Assembly (NCBI GenBank): GCA_964016885.1
Contig: OZ024753.1
Coordinates: 16,120,001-16,184,000, forward strand
DNA from: Eledone cirrhosa
Lineage: Eukaryota
Reading direction: 5' to 3'
Length of the DNA: 64,000 nucleotides
Shown here: positions 26,591-38,908 of the stretch, in pieces
How positions within the stretch are numbered: the stretch's first letter is position 1
How the letters are laid out: the number at the start of each line of letters is the position of its first letter
Notes under the pieces: model-generated
Database searches by the model: none
Told to the model about the DNA's origin: nothing
What the model saw: only the letters and a program-made list of their open reading frames with translations
Position numbers and translations under genes: made by a program

Positions 26591-28010
26591 GCTTCATTAT
26601 GCAATAAGGTTACGTTCTCGAGGCAATCTAAACTAAAGTGGATGAAGACTTCAAAAACATCATCTTTGTTCATTCCCTTCCCTACAATAGAAGGGAGCTA
26701 TAGTAGAGGGAGACCAAAATTATCTGATTTATTCTGGAAAACTTTGCTTCATTGTATGATTTAGGAATGTTTACTTTATAAATTGTATATCACATAAGAT
26801 ATATATATGTTTGTGTGTGTGTCATAGGATATATATATGTCTGTGTGTGATAAGATATATATATGTTTGTGTGTGTGTGATAAGATATGTTTGTGTGTGT
26901 GTCATAAGATATATATATGTTTGTGTGTGTGTGTCATAGATACATATATGTTTGTGTGTGTGTATGTCATAGGATATATAAGTGATTGTGTAGGTGTCAC
27001 GACAAAAAGCACCCAGCCCACACTGTCAATGCGGTTGGTGCTAGGAAGGGCATCCAGCCCTAGAAAACCTGCCAGTAACACTCCTATATGAGTGAGACCC
27101 GGTCACCTAACCCAACATGGGACAAACCCATCTAACCCATACTAGCGTGGAAAATAGACATTAAACAATGATGATGCTGATGATATGCATCCTATAGGAG
27201 AGTCCCCTGGAAATTAACAATGCAGTTATTAATAAGAAGAGTTGAAATTAATGCATGCAAGATTTCACAGCTCTAGCATCACTCCTTCCTAGTCAGCTAT
27301 GAAGTTGCATGTAAAGACTCAGTCATGTCAATGTTATAATAATTTACCAACTTCTCACAAGGTGGAATGTTAAAATGTATCAGAAATTTTACCAACATAA
27401 ATGAAGATAAATAGTCTGTCAGATACGTTTGTCTAAGTTCTTTTAACTGGTTTTTCTTTACCTGCTCTTTCACATTAAACTTTGAGAAACCTCAACTAGA
27501 AATAGATGCTGTTCAATAGATCAATATTATCTCATATAATTAATCAATGTTAGGTGTTAACAAAATTCCATTGCCAGAAATATATCTCCCATAATCGATA
27601 CAACAATGTCAGGGATTACTGAAATGGTCAATATCACACCCTACAGGTTGATGGAACTACCCAGGGGGTTAATTTAAGTTTGGGGGTAAAACCTGATATT
27701 TGGTAGAGGACTGCCCAAGGAACAGGTGGAGGATCCTGTGCGTGTCAGTGGAGGTTGACAGTGAAGGGTACACTGCTCCTTCCCTTAGTAATGCCTATGG
27801 GAGTCCCAGAATGCCTGTTTATGAATGTAGAGGTAGCATATATAGTTGATACAATGCTGATTACAGAAGCTAAACAACGAAAGGACGAGAAAAATGATGC
27901 CACTTTTACCTTCTTACAGACAACTGATGCTGCACACTAGGTCCAAACACAGAAGAGCTGAACTCCCACTGTCATCGCCTCCATCTCTCTCGCCCTCCCA
28001 TCTCTCTGTA

Positions 28011-28242
28011 TTATGAGCAAATGGGGTCCCACATACTGGCCGCCCCAGCGGACAGAATGGAAAAGGTGTTTCCCAGGAAGGGTAATGGAGATGTGCTGGA
28101 AGAGCCATTCTATCTCACGAGGCTCACACCTGCAGCTAGCCAGCTCAGCACCTATGGTGGTAAGTAAGGAGGCAGCCCTAGGGCCAAGGACACCAGAAGT
28201 CTCCACTGCTAGGGGCTCGACTGCCAACCTGTCGGAGAGTGA
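28011..28242 (-). mobile_element. CRE-type non-LTR retrotransposon fragment: C-terminus of restriction-like endonuclease
   Basis: SLSDRLAVEPLAVETSGVLGPRAASLLTTIG..EPREIEWLFQHISITL, then a frameshift into GNTFSILSAG. Matches the P(L/I)AVETxG..EPRE..LFQR.S...RGN..SIL signature. Confidence 0.75.
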
Positions 28243-28290
28243 CCATGGGAGAAGCAAAAAGAGAACAATCTAATACAACATGGTAATAGC

Positions 28291-31200
28291 AGAGAAGTGA
28301 TCAGTGGCTCCAGAGATGGCATCTAAATGGCTATAGCTGAAGAGAAGTGATCAGTGGGTCCAGAGATGGCATCTAAATGGCTATAGCTGAAGAGAAGTGA
28401 TCAGTGGGTCCAGAGATGGCATCTAAATGGCTATAGCTGAAGAGAAGTGATCAGTGGGTCCAGAGATGGCATCTAAATGGCTATAGCTGAAGAGAAGTGA
28501 TCAGTGGGTCCAGAGATGGCATCTAAATGGCTATAGCTGAAAAGAAGTGATCAGTGGGTCCAGAGATGGCATCTAAATGGCTATAGCTGAAGAGAAGTGA
28601 TCAGTGGGTCCAGAGATGGCATCTAAATGGCTATAGCTGAAGAGAAGTGATCAGTGGGTCCAGAGATGGCATCTAAATGGCTATAGCTGAAGAGAAGTGA
28701 TCAGTGGGTCCAGAGATGGCATCTAAATGGCTATAGCTGAAAAGAAGTGATCAGTGGGTCCAGAGATGGCATCTAAATGGCTATAGCTGAAGAGAAGTGA
28801 TCAGTGGGTCCAGAGATGGCATCTAAATGGCTATAGCTGAAGAGAAGTGATCAGTGGGTCCAGAGATGGCATCTAAATGGCTATAGCTGAAGAGAAGTGA
28901 TCAGTGGGTCCAGAGATGGCATCTAAATGGCTATAGCTGAAAAGAAGTGATCAGTGGGTCCAGAGATGGCATCTAAATGGCTATAGCTGAAGAGAAGTGA
29001 TCAGTGGGTCCAGAGATGGCATCTAAATGGCTATAGCTGAAGAGAAGTGATCAGTGGGTCCAGAGATGGCATCTAAATGGCTATAGCTGAAGAGAAGTGA
29101 TCAGTGGGTCCAGAGATGGCATCTAAATGGCTATAGCTGAAAAGAAGTGATCAGTGGGTCCAGAGATGGCATCTAAATGGCTATAGCTGAAGAGAAGTGA
29201 TCAGTGGGTCCAGAGATGGCATCTAAATGGCTATAGCTGAAGAGAAGTGATCAGTGGGTCCAGAGATGGCATCTAGATGGCTATAGCTGAAGAGAAGTGA
29301 TCAGTGGGTCCAGAGATGGCATCTAAATGGCTATAGCTGAAAAGAAGTGATCAGTGGGTCCAGAGATGGCATCTAAATGGCTATAGCTGAAGAGAAGTGA
29401 TCAGTGGGTCCAGAGATGGCATCTAAATGGCTATAGCTGAAGAGAAGTGATCAGTGGGTCCAGAGATGGCATCTAAATGGCTATAGCTGAAGAGAAGTGA
29501 TCAGTGGGTCCAGAGATGGCATCTAAATGGCTATAGCTGAAGAGAAGTGATCAGTGGGTCCAGAGATGGCATCTAAATGGCTATAGCTGAAGAGAAATGA
29601 TCAGTGGGTCCAGAGATGGCATCTAAATGGCTATAGCTGAAGAGAAGTGATCAGTGGGTCCAGAGATGGCATCTAAATGGCTATAGCTGAAGAGAAGTGA
29701 TCAGTAGGTCCAGAGATGGCATCTAGATGGCTATAGCTGAAGAGAAGTGATCAGTGGGTCGAGAGATGGCATCTAAATGGCTATAGCTGAAGAGAAGTGA
29801 CCAGTGGGTCGAGAGATGGCATCTAAATGGCTATAGCTGAAGAGAAGTGATCAGTGGCTCCAGAGATGGCATCTAGATGGCTATAGCTGAAGAGAAGTGA
29901 TCAGTGGGTCGAGAGATGGCATCTAAATGGCTATAGCTGAAGAGAAATGATCAGTGGGTCGAGAGATGGCATCTAAATGGCTATAGCTGAAGAGAAATGA
30001 TCAGTGGGTCCAGAGATGGCATCTAAATGGCTATAGCTGAAGAGAAGTGATCAGTGGGTCCAGAGATGGCATCTAAATGGCTATAGCTGAAGAGAAGTGA
30101 TCAGTGGGTCCAGAGATGGCATCTAAATGGCTATAGCTGAAGAGAAGTGATCAGTGGGTCCAGAGATGGCATCTAAATGGCTATAGCTGAAGAGAAGTGA
30201 TCAGTGGGTTCAGAGATGGCATCTAAATGGCTATAGCTGAAGAGAAGTGATCAGTAGGTCCAGAGATGGCATCTAGATGGCTATAGCTGAAGAGAAGTGA
30301 TCAGTGGGTCGAGAGATGGCATCTAAATGGCTATAGCTGAAGAGAAGTGATCAGTGGGTCGAGAGATGGCATCTAAATGGCTATAGCTGAAGAGAAATGA
30401 TCAGTGGGTCCAGAGATGGCATCTAAATGGCTATAGCTGAAGAGAAGTGATCAGTGGGTCCAGAGATGGCATCTAAATGGCTATAGCTGAAGAGAAGTGA
30501 TCAGTAGGTCCAGAGATGGCATCTAGATGGCTATAGCTGAAGAGAAGTGATCAGTGGGTCGAGAGATGGCATCTAAATGGCTATAGCTGAAGAGAAGTGA
30601 TCAGTGGGTCGAGAGATGGCATCTAAATGGCTATAGCTGAAGAGAAGTGATCAGTGGCTCCAGAGATGGCATCTAGATGGCTATAGCTGAAGAGAAGTGA
30701 TAAGTGGGTCGAGAGATGGCATCTAAATGGCTATAGCTGAAGAGAAATGATCAGTGGGTCCAGAGATGGCATCTAAATGGCTATAGCTGAAGAGAAGTGA
30801 TCAGTAGGTCCAGAGATGGCATCTAGATGGCTATAGCTGAAGAGAAGTGATCAGTGGGTCGAGAGATGGCATCTAAATGGCTATAGCTGAAGAGAAATGA
30901 TCAGTGGCTCCAGAGATGGCATCTAAATGGCTATAGCTGAAGAGAAGTGATCAGTGGGTCCAGAGATGGCATCCAGATGGCTATAGCTGAAGAGAAGTGA
31001 TCAGTGGGTCCAGAGATGGCATCTAAATGGCTATAGCTGAAGAGAAGTGATCAGTGGGTCCAGAGATGGCATCTAAATGGCTATAGCTGAAGAGAAGTGA
31101 TCAGTGGGTCCAGAGATGGCATCTAAATGGCTATAGCTGAAGAGAAGTGATCAGTGGGTCCAGAGATGGCATCTAAATGGCTATAGCTGAAGAGAAGTGA

Positions 31201-32362
31201 TCAGTGGGTTCAGAGATGGCATCTAAATGGCTATAGCTGAAGAGAAGTGATCAGTAGGTCCAGAGATGGCATCTAGATGGCTATAGCTGAAGAGAAGTGA
31301 TCAGTGGGTCGAGAGATGGCATCTAAATGGCTATAGCTGAAGAGAAATGATCAGTGGGTCCAGAGATGGCATCTAAATGGCTATAGCTGAAGAGAAGTGA
31401 TCAGTGGGTCCAGAGATGGCATCTAAATGGCTATAGCTGAAGAGAAGTGATCAGTAGGTCCAGAGATGGCATCTAGATGGCTATAGCTGAAGAGAAGTGA
31501 TCAGTGGGTCGAGAGATGGCATCTAAATGGCTATAGCTGAAGAGAAATGATCAGTGGGTCCAGAGATGGCATCTAAATGGCTATAGCTGAAGAGAAGTGA
31601 TCAGTGGGTCCAGAGATGGCATCTAAATGGCTATAGCTGAAGAGAAGTGATCAGTAGGTCCAGAGATGGCATCTAGATGGCTATAGCTGAAGAGAAGTGA
31701 TCAGTGGGTCGAGAGATGGCATCTAAATGGCTATAGCTGAAGAGAAGTGATCAGTGGGTCGAGAGATGGCATCTAAATGGCTATAGCTGAAGAGAAGTGA
31801 TCAGTGGCTCCAGAGATGGCATCTAGATGGCTATAGCTGAAGAGAAGTGATCAGTGGGTCAAGAGATGGCATCTAAATGGCTATAGCTGAAGAGAAATGA
31901 TCAGTGGCTCCAGAGATGGCATCTAAATGGCTATAGCTGAAGAGAAGTGATCAGTAGGTCCAGAGATGGCATCTAGATGGCTATAGCTGAAGAGAAGTGA
32001 TCAGTGGGCCGAGAGATGGCATCTAAATGGCTATAGCTGAAGAGAAGTGATCAGTGGGTCGAGAGATGGCATCTAAATGGCTATAGCTGAAGAGAAGTGA
32101 TCAGTGGCTCCTGAGATGGCATCTAGATGGCTATAGCTGAAGAGAAGTGATCAGTGGGTCGAGAGATGGCATCTAAATGGCTATAGCTGAAGAGAAATGA
32201 TCAGTGGCTCCAGAGATGGCATGTAAATGGCTATAGCTGAAGAGAAGTGATCAGTGAATCCAGAGATGGCATCTAAATGGCTATAGCTGAAGAGAAGTGA
32301 TCAGTGGGTCCAGAGATAGCATCTAGATGGCTATAGCTGAAGAGAAGTGATCAGTGGCTCCA
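28291..32362. repeat. 50-bp satellite, about 81 copies
   Basis: AGAGAAGTGATCAGTGGGTCCAGAGATGGCATCTAAATGGCTATAGCTGA in exact 50-bp register with substitution-only variants. Confidence 0.98.
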
Positions 32363-32821
32363 GTAGTAAGTACTATTATACCACTTGGACACAGACTGAG
32401 ATTCGAACATCAGTTGGGTCACCTGGTGACTATGTTGTAAGACCTGAATCATCCAGTGGCTCCAGGATACAATACTGATGATGTGTGATGTAGTTGGGTC
32501 ACCTGGTTGAGGGTGACTATGCTGTAAGACCTGAAACACCCAGTGACTCCAAGATACAACACTGATGATGTACACAGAGTTAGCAGGCAAAGAATGATTA
32601 ACTGGAAGCTAGTGGACACATATCTAGCATGGGTTAGACGGGTTGTCCTATTTGAGGCAAGTTGGGTCAGGTGACCATGTCTAGCTCATACAGAACTGTT
32701 TCTGGCTAGATTTCTACAGCTGGATGCCCTTCCTAATGCCAAACTACATTTACAGTGTGGGCAGGGTGTTTTATGTCGTGACTCCTACACAACCACTTTA
32801 CAGTGTATATATATATATATC

Positions 32822-32957
32822 AGAAAGGGTGTGGTAAAATACCAGGTGGACCATAACATACCAGAGTACTCAATACTTGGGGTAGTAGAGTGGGTAATAG
32901 GAAAAGATTCAGGACCCCAATGGCCAGAGCTCAGCCGTCGGGGTCCTGAATCTTTTT
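32822..32957 (+). mobile_element. Unclassified hairpin-bearing repeat
   Basis: Shared body, then AAAGATTCAGGACCCC..GGGGTCCTGAATCTTT inverted repeat. Confidence 0.7.
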
Positions 32958-33659
32958 GTGCGTGCGTGCGAGTGTGAAGATAAATAGATAGATAGACACA
33001 CACACATTCATTCACAAGTAATTGTTGTCTGGTGAGATAACAGCAAAATGTTATAGCATTTGTTCAAAGTTGTTTCTTTTTCACCATTTCATAATTATCC
33101 TTTTTAATGGAATAAACATCATTTAATATATATTTATCATCATCATCTTTGTCTGCTAGCAGGGGTTGAACAGGTCATCAAAGACCAACTCTTTAACTTA
33201 ATCACAGCTACCTTCTGCAATATCCTTTTAAATTATTGATTACTTTTACACTACATTTATAGTTTGAAATAGAAGTTTTGCCATAACATTTGACTTTATA
33301 ATATAGTCTAATAATTATTTCTACTTTTTGGCACAAGGTCAGCAATTACCCAGTACATTACTGGTACTTTATTTTATCGACCCCATGAGGATGGAAGACA
33401 AAGTTAACCTTGGCAGGATTTGAACTCAGAATGGCAAGGGCCGTAACTCTACGCATCAAAGCATGGTGTCCGACCCTCTACCAATACTGCAAATCCACAT
33501 GGGGTGTATAAACCCACTGAATGGAGAAAATAGATATCAGCACACATTTGAGTCGAACCAAACCTCTCCTTTACAGGACAAACATGTTACCATTACAAGT
33601 ATAGCAAATGTGAGGCTGGATGCCCTTCTTAACACAAACCACATTACAGCTTGCACTAA

Positions 33660-34580
33660 CAATTTACAGGGTGAGTGCTTTTATTGCACAGCACCAGTAT
33701 GACCACCTTCCAAGGTGAACAGGGTACATTTCATCATGACACCAGTATGACCACCTTCCAAGGTGAACAGGGTACATTTTATCATGACGCCAGTATGACC
33801 ACTTTCCAAGGTGAACAGGGTACACTTTATCATGACACCAGTATGACCACCTTATAGGGTGAACAGGGTGCATTTTATCATGACACTAGTATGACCACCT
33901 TACAAGGTGAACAGGGTGCATTTTATCATGACACCAGTATGGCGACCTTACAGGGTGAACAGGGTACATTTTATCATAGCACCAGTATGACTACCTTACA
34001 GGGTGCATTTTATCATAGCACCAGTATGACCACCTTACTGGGTGAACAGGGTGCATTTTATCATGACACCAGTATGACCACCTTACAGGGTGAACAGGGT
34101 GCATTTTATCATAACACAAGTATGGCCACCTTACAGGGTGAACAGGGTACATTTTATCATGACACCAGTATGACCACCTTACAGGGTGAACAGGGTACAT
34201 TTTATCATAGCTCCAGTATGGCCACTTTACAGGGTGAACAGGGTGCATTTTATCATAGCACCAGTATGATCACCTTACAGGGTGAACAGGGTGCATTTTA
34301 TCATGACACCAGTATGATCACCTTACAGGGTGAACAGGGTGTATTTTATCATAGAACCAGTATAACCACCTTACAGGGGGAACAGGGTACATTTTATCAT
34401 AGCACCAGTATGGCCACCTTACAGGGTGAACAGGGTGCATTTTATCATGACACCAGTATGACCACCTTACAGGGTGAACAGGGTGCATTTTATCATGGCA
34501 CCAGTATGACCACCTTACAGGGTGCACTGGATACTTGGCTATGGTGCAGTAGCACTAACACCTTCCAGGGTGGACCAGGG
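33660..34580. repeat. 48-bp minisatellite, about 19 copies, derived from the RTE/SINE 3' UTR repeat
   Basis: Unit ACCACCTTACAGGGTGAACAGGGTGCATTTTATCATGACACCAGTATG. Directly follows the GCTGGATGCCCTTCTTAACAC UTR motif. Confidence 0.9.
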
Positions 34581-35579
34581 ACTCTTCATTACATTTTCTA
34601 TCTATAACTTGTGATATAACTAAAGACATATCTTCTCGAAATATCTTTTGCAGACAATCTTAACTTGAAAGACAATTCTTGTTAATCAAATCCCCATTTT
34701 TATTGTATGCAATACTGTATGAAACAGAAAATATTCATTAAACAGTTGTTGTTGTTGTGTATTTCCTGTATAGAATGTTGATTGGTGTATCTATCAAATA
34801 AATTATCAATCAAAGTAGATAAGATTGTAATTCTTGGCCAGAAAGGATAAGAAATCATAAAATATTCAAATATACGAAGGCTTAGGACATGATTGCATCA
34901 CTTTCATTGATTTCTACTGTTTTGTATCTTAGTTGTGAGATATTGTGTTGTATCACAAATCAAACTACGTGTAGAGGAATTCTGATCATCGATCGTGACT
35001 TGTATGTCAAATTTTCCTTTTGGTAGCTGTGGAATGTCTAAATTGGTAACTACATCTTTCTAGGTTTTAAAGTACTTAAAGTACTTTCCAACTACTTTAT
35101 AAAACAGAAATATATCTATATATGTACAACAGCATTATCAACTAGTCAATAATATTTACAGACGGGAGGAGAAGTAATCTGGCCTGGTTCCATATATATT
35201 AATTCACGTATACTGACACACCAACCCACACATAATATGATGTGTGTGGGTGTGTGTGTGTAATTATATATATATCATCATCATCATCATTTCACACACA
35301 CACACACACACACAGCTGATCTCACAGACTTTTACAAAGTGCTGAGGGGATAAAGTCAATATAAAAATGGTGCTTATAAAAGCTTATAAAATAGAATGAA
35401 AAGCATTAAGTATGGAAAAAGAATTGCCAAGTGGCTGATGGCAGTTCTTTTTCCACTTTTAAGGGTTTTCACCCTATCTTATAGAATCTCTATGCATAAG
35501 TACACCACTCTATATATATATATATATATATATAGTGACAAAACATAAGTCAATTGCATGAACTCATAATCCTTTATTT

Positions 35580-35635
35580 ACTGTTATATATATTTCGATG
35601 ATAGCCATTGTATGGCTATGACCTCATCAGGCAGT
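35580..35635 (-). ncRNA. Type I hammerhead (family C)
   Basis: Minus strand ACTGC-CTGATGA-GGTCATAGCCA-TACAA-TGGCTATCATC-GAAA-TATAT-ATA-ACAGT. One mismatch in stem I. Confidence 0.75.
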
Positions 35636-36079
35636 TAGTTCTTAGATATGCCAGCTCTGTGTTTATGGTGTTGATGGTATCGGAGCCTTGGGACATATTA
35701 GCTTGTTAGGAATAATTTAATGTTGTCAGCAGGAATAGTCTTAATTCTCATTGGTCAGTTTGTAGATGCTAGAAAAACAACCGTATGAATATATATTGGG
35801 TCCTGTATTTTCGTTGCTCTAGTGATGCGGCTGGACTGCCGAACGCTATATCTGATTTGCTAAGCTGTCTGAACATATTGTTATTACTCTGGGGTTCTTT
35901 TCCCCATCCGAGTGCTCAAGCTACAGACCGATTCTGCATTCGTTAGCTTGGCCATGTTCTAAAGCATCGTTAATGCTGTACTAAAATTTATATTTATATA
36001 TTCATACGGTTGTTTTTCCTTTTCCGTACAACTTCATTCAGACTGAACTTCTACATATATCATTTCATATATCATTTCA

Positions 36080-36416
36080 TTCATCATTTCGTTTTACGTC
36101 CACTTTTTCCCTACTTGCAAGAGTGGGACGGAAACTGATTCTGGCTTGATTTCTACAGCTGGATGCCCTTCCTAACACCAACCTCATTTACAGTGAGTGC
36201 TGGCTGCTTTTTTGCCGTGGCACCTCCACGAACACTTTACAGTGGAATGATAGGGACCCCAGTCCCTATCATCTCATTTCTACAGCTGAGTAAACTGGAG
36301 CAATTTGAAATAAAGTGTCTTGCTCAAGGAAACAACACATCACTTGGTCTGAGAATTGAACTCACAACCTTTTGATTGCAAGGCCAATGCTCTAACCACT
36401 AAGCCATGTGCCTCCA
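36080..36416 (-). mobile_element. CORE-SINE with RTE-derived tail
   Basis: Same family as 4985-5311. Confidence 0.82.
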
Positions 36417-36445
36417 TATATATATTTATTAAAATAACAGATTAA

Positions 36446-36496
36446 AGTTTAAGCAAAGAATCGCTGCTTTCACCCTTAACGGGATCTTCTGAAACT
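36446..36496 (-). ncRNA. Type I hammerhead with core substitution CAGAAGA (family D), possibly inactive
   Basis: Minus strand AGTTT-CAGAAGA-TCCC-GTTAA-GGGT-GAA-AGCA-GCGATTCTT-TGCT-T-AAACT. All three stems form. Confidence 0.55.
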
Positions 36497-37702
36497 AACA
36501 AAGTCAATCTATGAACGCAGAAGTGAATATTTCAAAAAACGTTGCAACAGTAAGACAGGAAGACGATATTTTGGTTCGTGGAAACGTTCCCTGGCAAAAA
36601 ACGGGAAAAAAAACGAATATAATACGTCATTATTTGGAGCGGTGAAAAACAATTACACGCAAAGACAAAACCACGTTTATGGTATAAAAGAAGTCGTAGA
36701 CTAATATTCTATTAGGTGGGTCATAGAGACGTTCTCTGGCAATGAACGGAAAAAACGAAGATAATACGTCATATGTGAAGCGTGGAGAACAATTGCAGGC
36801 AAATGGTATAACTGAAGTCGTAGACTAAAATTCTAACTAGGAATCCGAATGATTCTCAGCTTCAGAGTTAAGAATAAAGTAAATAAAATACAGAGGCAAT
36901 TGAAATTAAATAAATACATACACGCATCCATATACATACATACACAAGCATACGCGAAAACACTCGCCATAGGTATACAAATACACGCACATATAAATAT
37001 GTGTGTCTGTGTGTATACAAATAATTAAATAAACGTATATAAATAAATAAGTACGTATATAACAAGCGCACACACATACCTACATGTAAATACACATATG
37101 TTCGGAGACGTACGTCAACCAAAAGACGAAGTACACATATACACACACCCTACATACGTACAAACCCGCATACTCGCATATAGATGCAAAACTCACATAT
37201 ACACATAACCAAAAGCATATGTACAAGAATATATAAAATATACGCCATAACATATACAATCAAATATACGTACGAGAAAGTATACGTACCTTCACAAAAC
37301 ATACAGGTAATATATACTTACCTATGCAAATAAGTAATGGTATAAACATAACATATACTTAGCTACCACATCAAGACATAAAATATCTGCGTATAGATCA
37401 TACTATCCGTTAGCGTATAATGTGGGGCTGTAATACAGGAAAGTTTTGTGTAATTTATGTTTACAAGCCGAAATTGCCTCAGATTTTTTGTTTAATATGT
37501 GGTCAGTGGCGTAGAGTATTTCCAGGGCCTCAGCGGCGCAGAGGTCTCATGGTCTTTTATTTCCTACGGTTCTTATATATTTGATATATATTTATTTTAT
37601 TGCTCTACGGTTCTTATATATTTGATATATATTTATCTTTATCGAGCCCTCTTTGGATTTTAGTCTTCAAATTTATTATTATTACTATATATATATCACC
37701 AT

Positions 37703-37745
37703 ACCGAGAACAAATGTTTCACCTTATGTGGATCTTCAGCTCGGT
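37703..37745 (-). ncRNA. Minimal type I hammerhead (family D)
   Basis: Minus strand ACCGAG-CTGAAGA-TCC-ACATAA-GGT-GAAA-CATTT-GTT-CTCGGT. Perfect 6-bp stem I and weak stem II. Confidence 0.7.
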
Positions 37746-37924
37746 CTGAATGAAGTTGTACGGAAAAGGAAAAACAACCGTATGAATACACATGTGCAGA
37801 AACGGTCACTTCTCCTGTGGGATTACATCCCACAGGAGAACGAGTGGTTATATTGTCTATGATACAGGGCTACTAACTTCAGGCTGGTTATATTGTCTAT
37901 GATGCGGGGCTGAACTCCTGTCAC

Positions 37925-38510
37925 ACTCCACCTCAACTCCAGTCAGACTCCACCTCAACTCTAGTCAGACTCCACCTCAACTCTAGTCAGACTCCACCTC
38001 AACTCTAGTCAGACTCCACCTCAACTCTAGTCAGACTCCACCTCAACTCTAGTCAGACTCCACCTCAACTCTAGTCAGACTCCACCTCAACTCTAGTCAG
38101 ACTCCACCTCAACTCTAGTCAGACTCCACCTCAACTCTAGTCAGACTCCACCTCAACTCTAGTCAGACTCCACCTCAACTCTAGTCAGACTCCACCTCAA
38201 CTCTAGTCAGACTCCACCTCAACTCTTGACAGACTCCACCTCAACTCTTGACAGACTCCACCTCAACTCTTGACAGACTCCACCTCAACTCTTGACAGAC
38301 TCCACCTCAACTCTTGACAGACTCCACCTCAACTCTTGACAGACTCCACCTCAACTCTTGACAGACTCCACCTCAACTCTTGACAGACTCCACCTCAACT
38401 CTTGACAGACTCCACCTCAACTCTTGACAGACTCCACCTCAACTCTTGACAGACGCCACCTCAACTCTCGACAGACGCCACCTCAACTCTTGACAGACTC
38501 CACCTCAACT
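37925..38510. repeat. 22-bp minisatellite, about 26 copies
   Basis: AGACTCCACCTCAACTCTAGTC in the left half and AGACTCCACCTCAACTCTTGAC in the right half. Confidence 0.97.
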
Positions 38511-38753
38511 CAGTGAGACACATTTATTTATAGTAGTCTGCAGAGTCAATTTCTTTAATCCCAAAGGGGTGTTTACCACAACACTAACTTAATGTAAGGT
38601 CCTTCTATAAAATTATGTTGGAAGATTTTAATTTAAATTAGATTGGAAACCATTAAAATGGGTGACTTTATTTCATGGAACCAGTTTTGGGTGGATCAAA
38701 AACAAAATGTTTGAGAGTACATGTGTGTGTGTGTAGAATTTCCAACTACTTAC

Positions 38754-38908
38754 ACAATTTCAAGAGCAAGCAGTTAGTTCCACTGATTAAATCACCTGAA
38801 GCACTTGTAGCCATTGGAAACAGAGCTACAACACAACCACAAGTGTAGGTTATTTCTTCAGGGTCAGGAAACATGTCTAAGAAATCCTTGTTTTTGTTAT
38901 ATTGACAG
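38754..38908 (-). other. Candidate host exon (unrecognised product)
   Basis: Minus strand CTCCTCCTCAG acceptor, one open frame (CQYNKNKDFLDMFPDPEEITYTCGCVVALFPM..), and GTAAGT donor at 38753-38748. Confidence 0.25.

Noticed and set aside
28291-32362. CRISPR array or tandem hammerhead array (unit contains CTGAAGA)
   Set aside because: There are no unique spacers or cas genes. The unit lacks a properly placed GAAA, stem II and NUH.
33891-34607. 238-aa repeat protein (MTTLQGEQGAFYHDTS)n
   Set aside because: It is the frame of a 48-bp minisatellite derived from a retroelement UTR.
37504-37550. CAGTGGCGTAG hAT-like terminal motif
   Set aside because: I found no matching inverted end.
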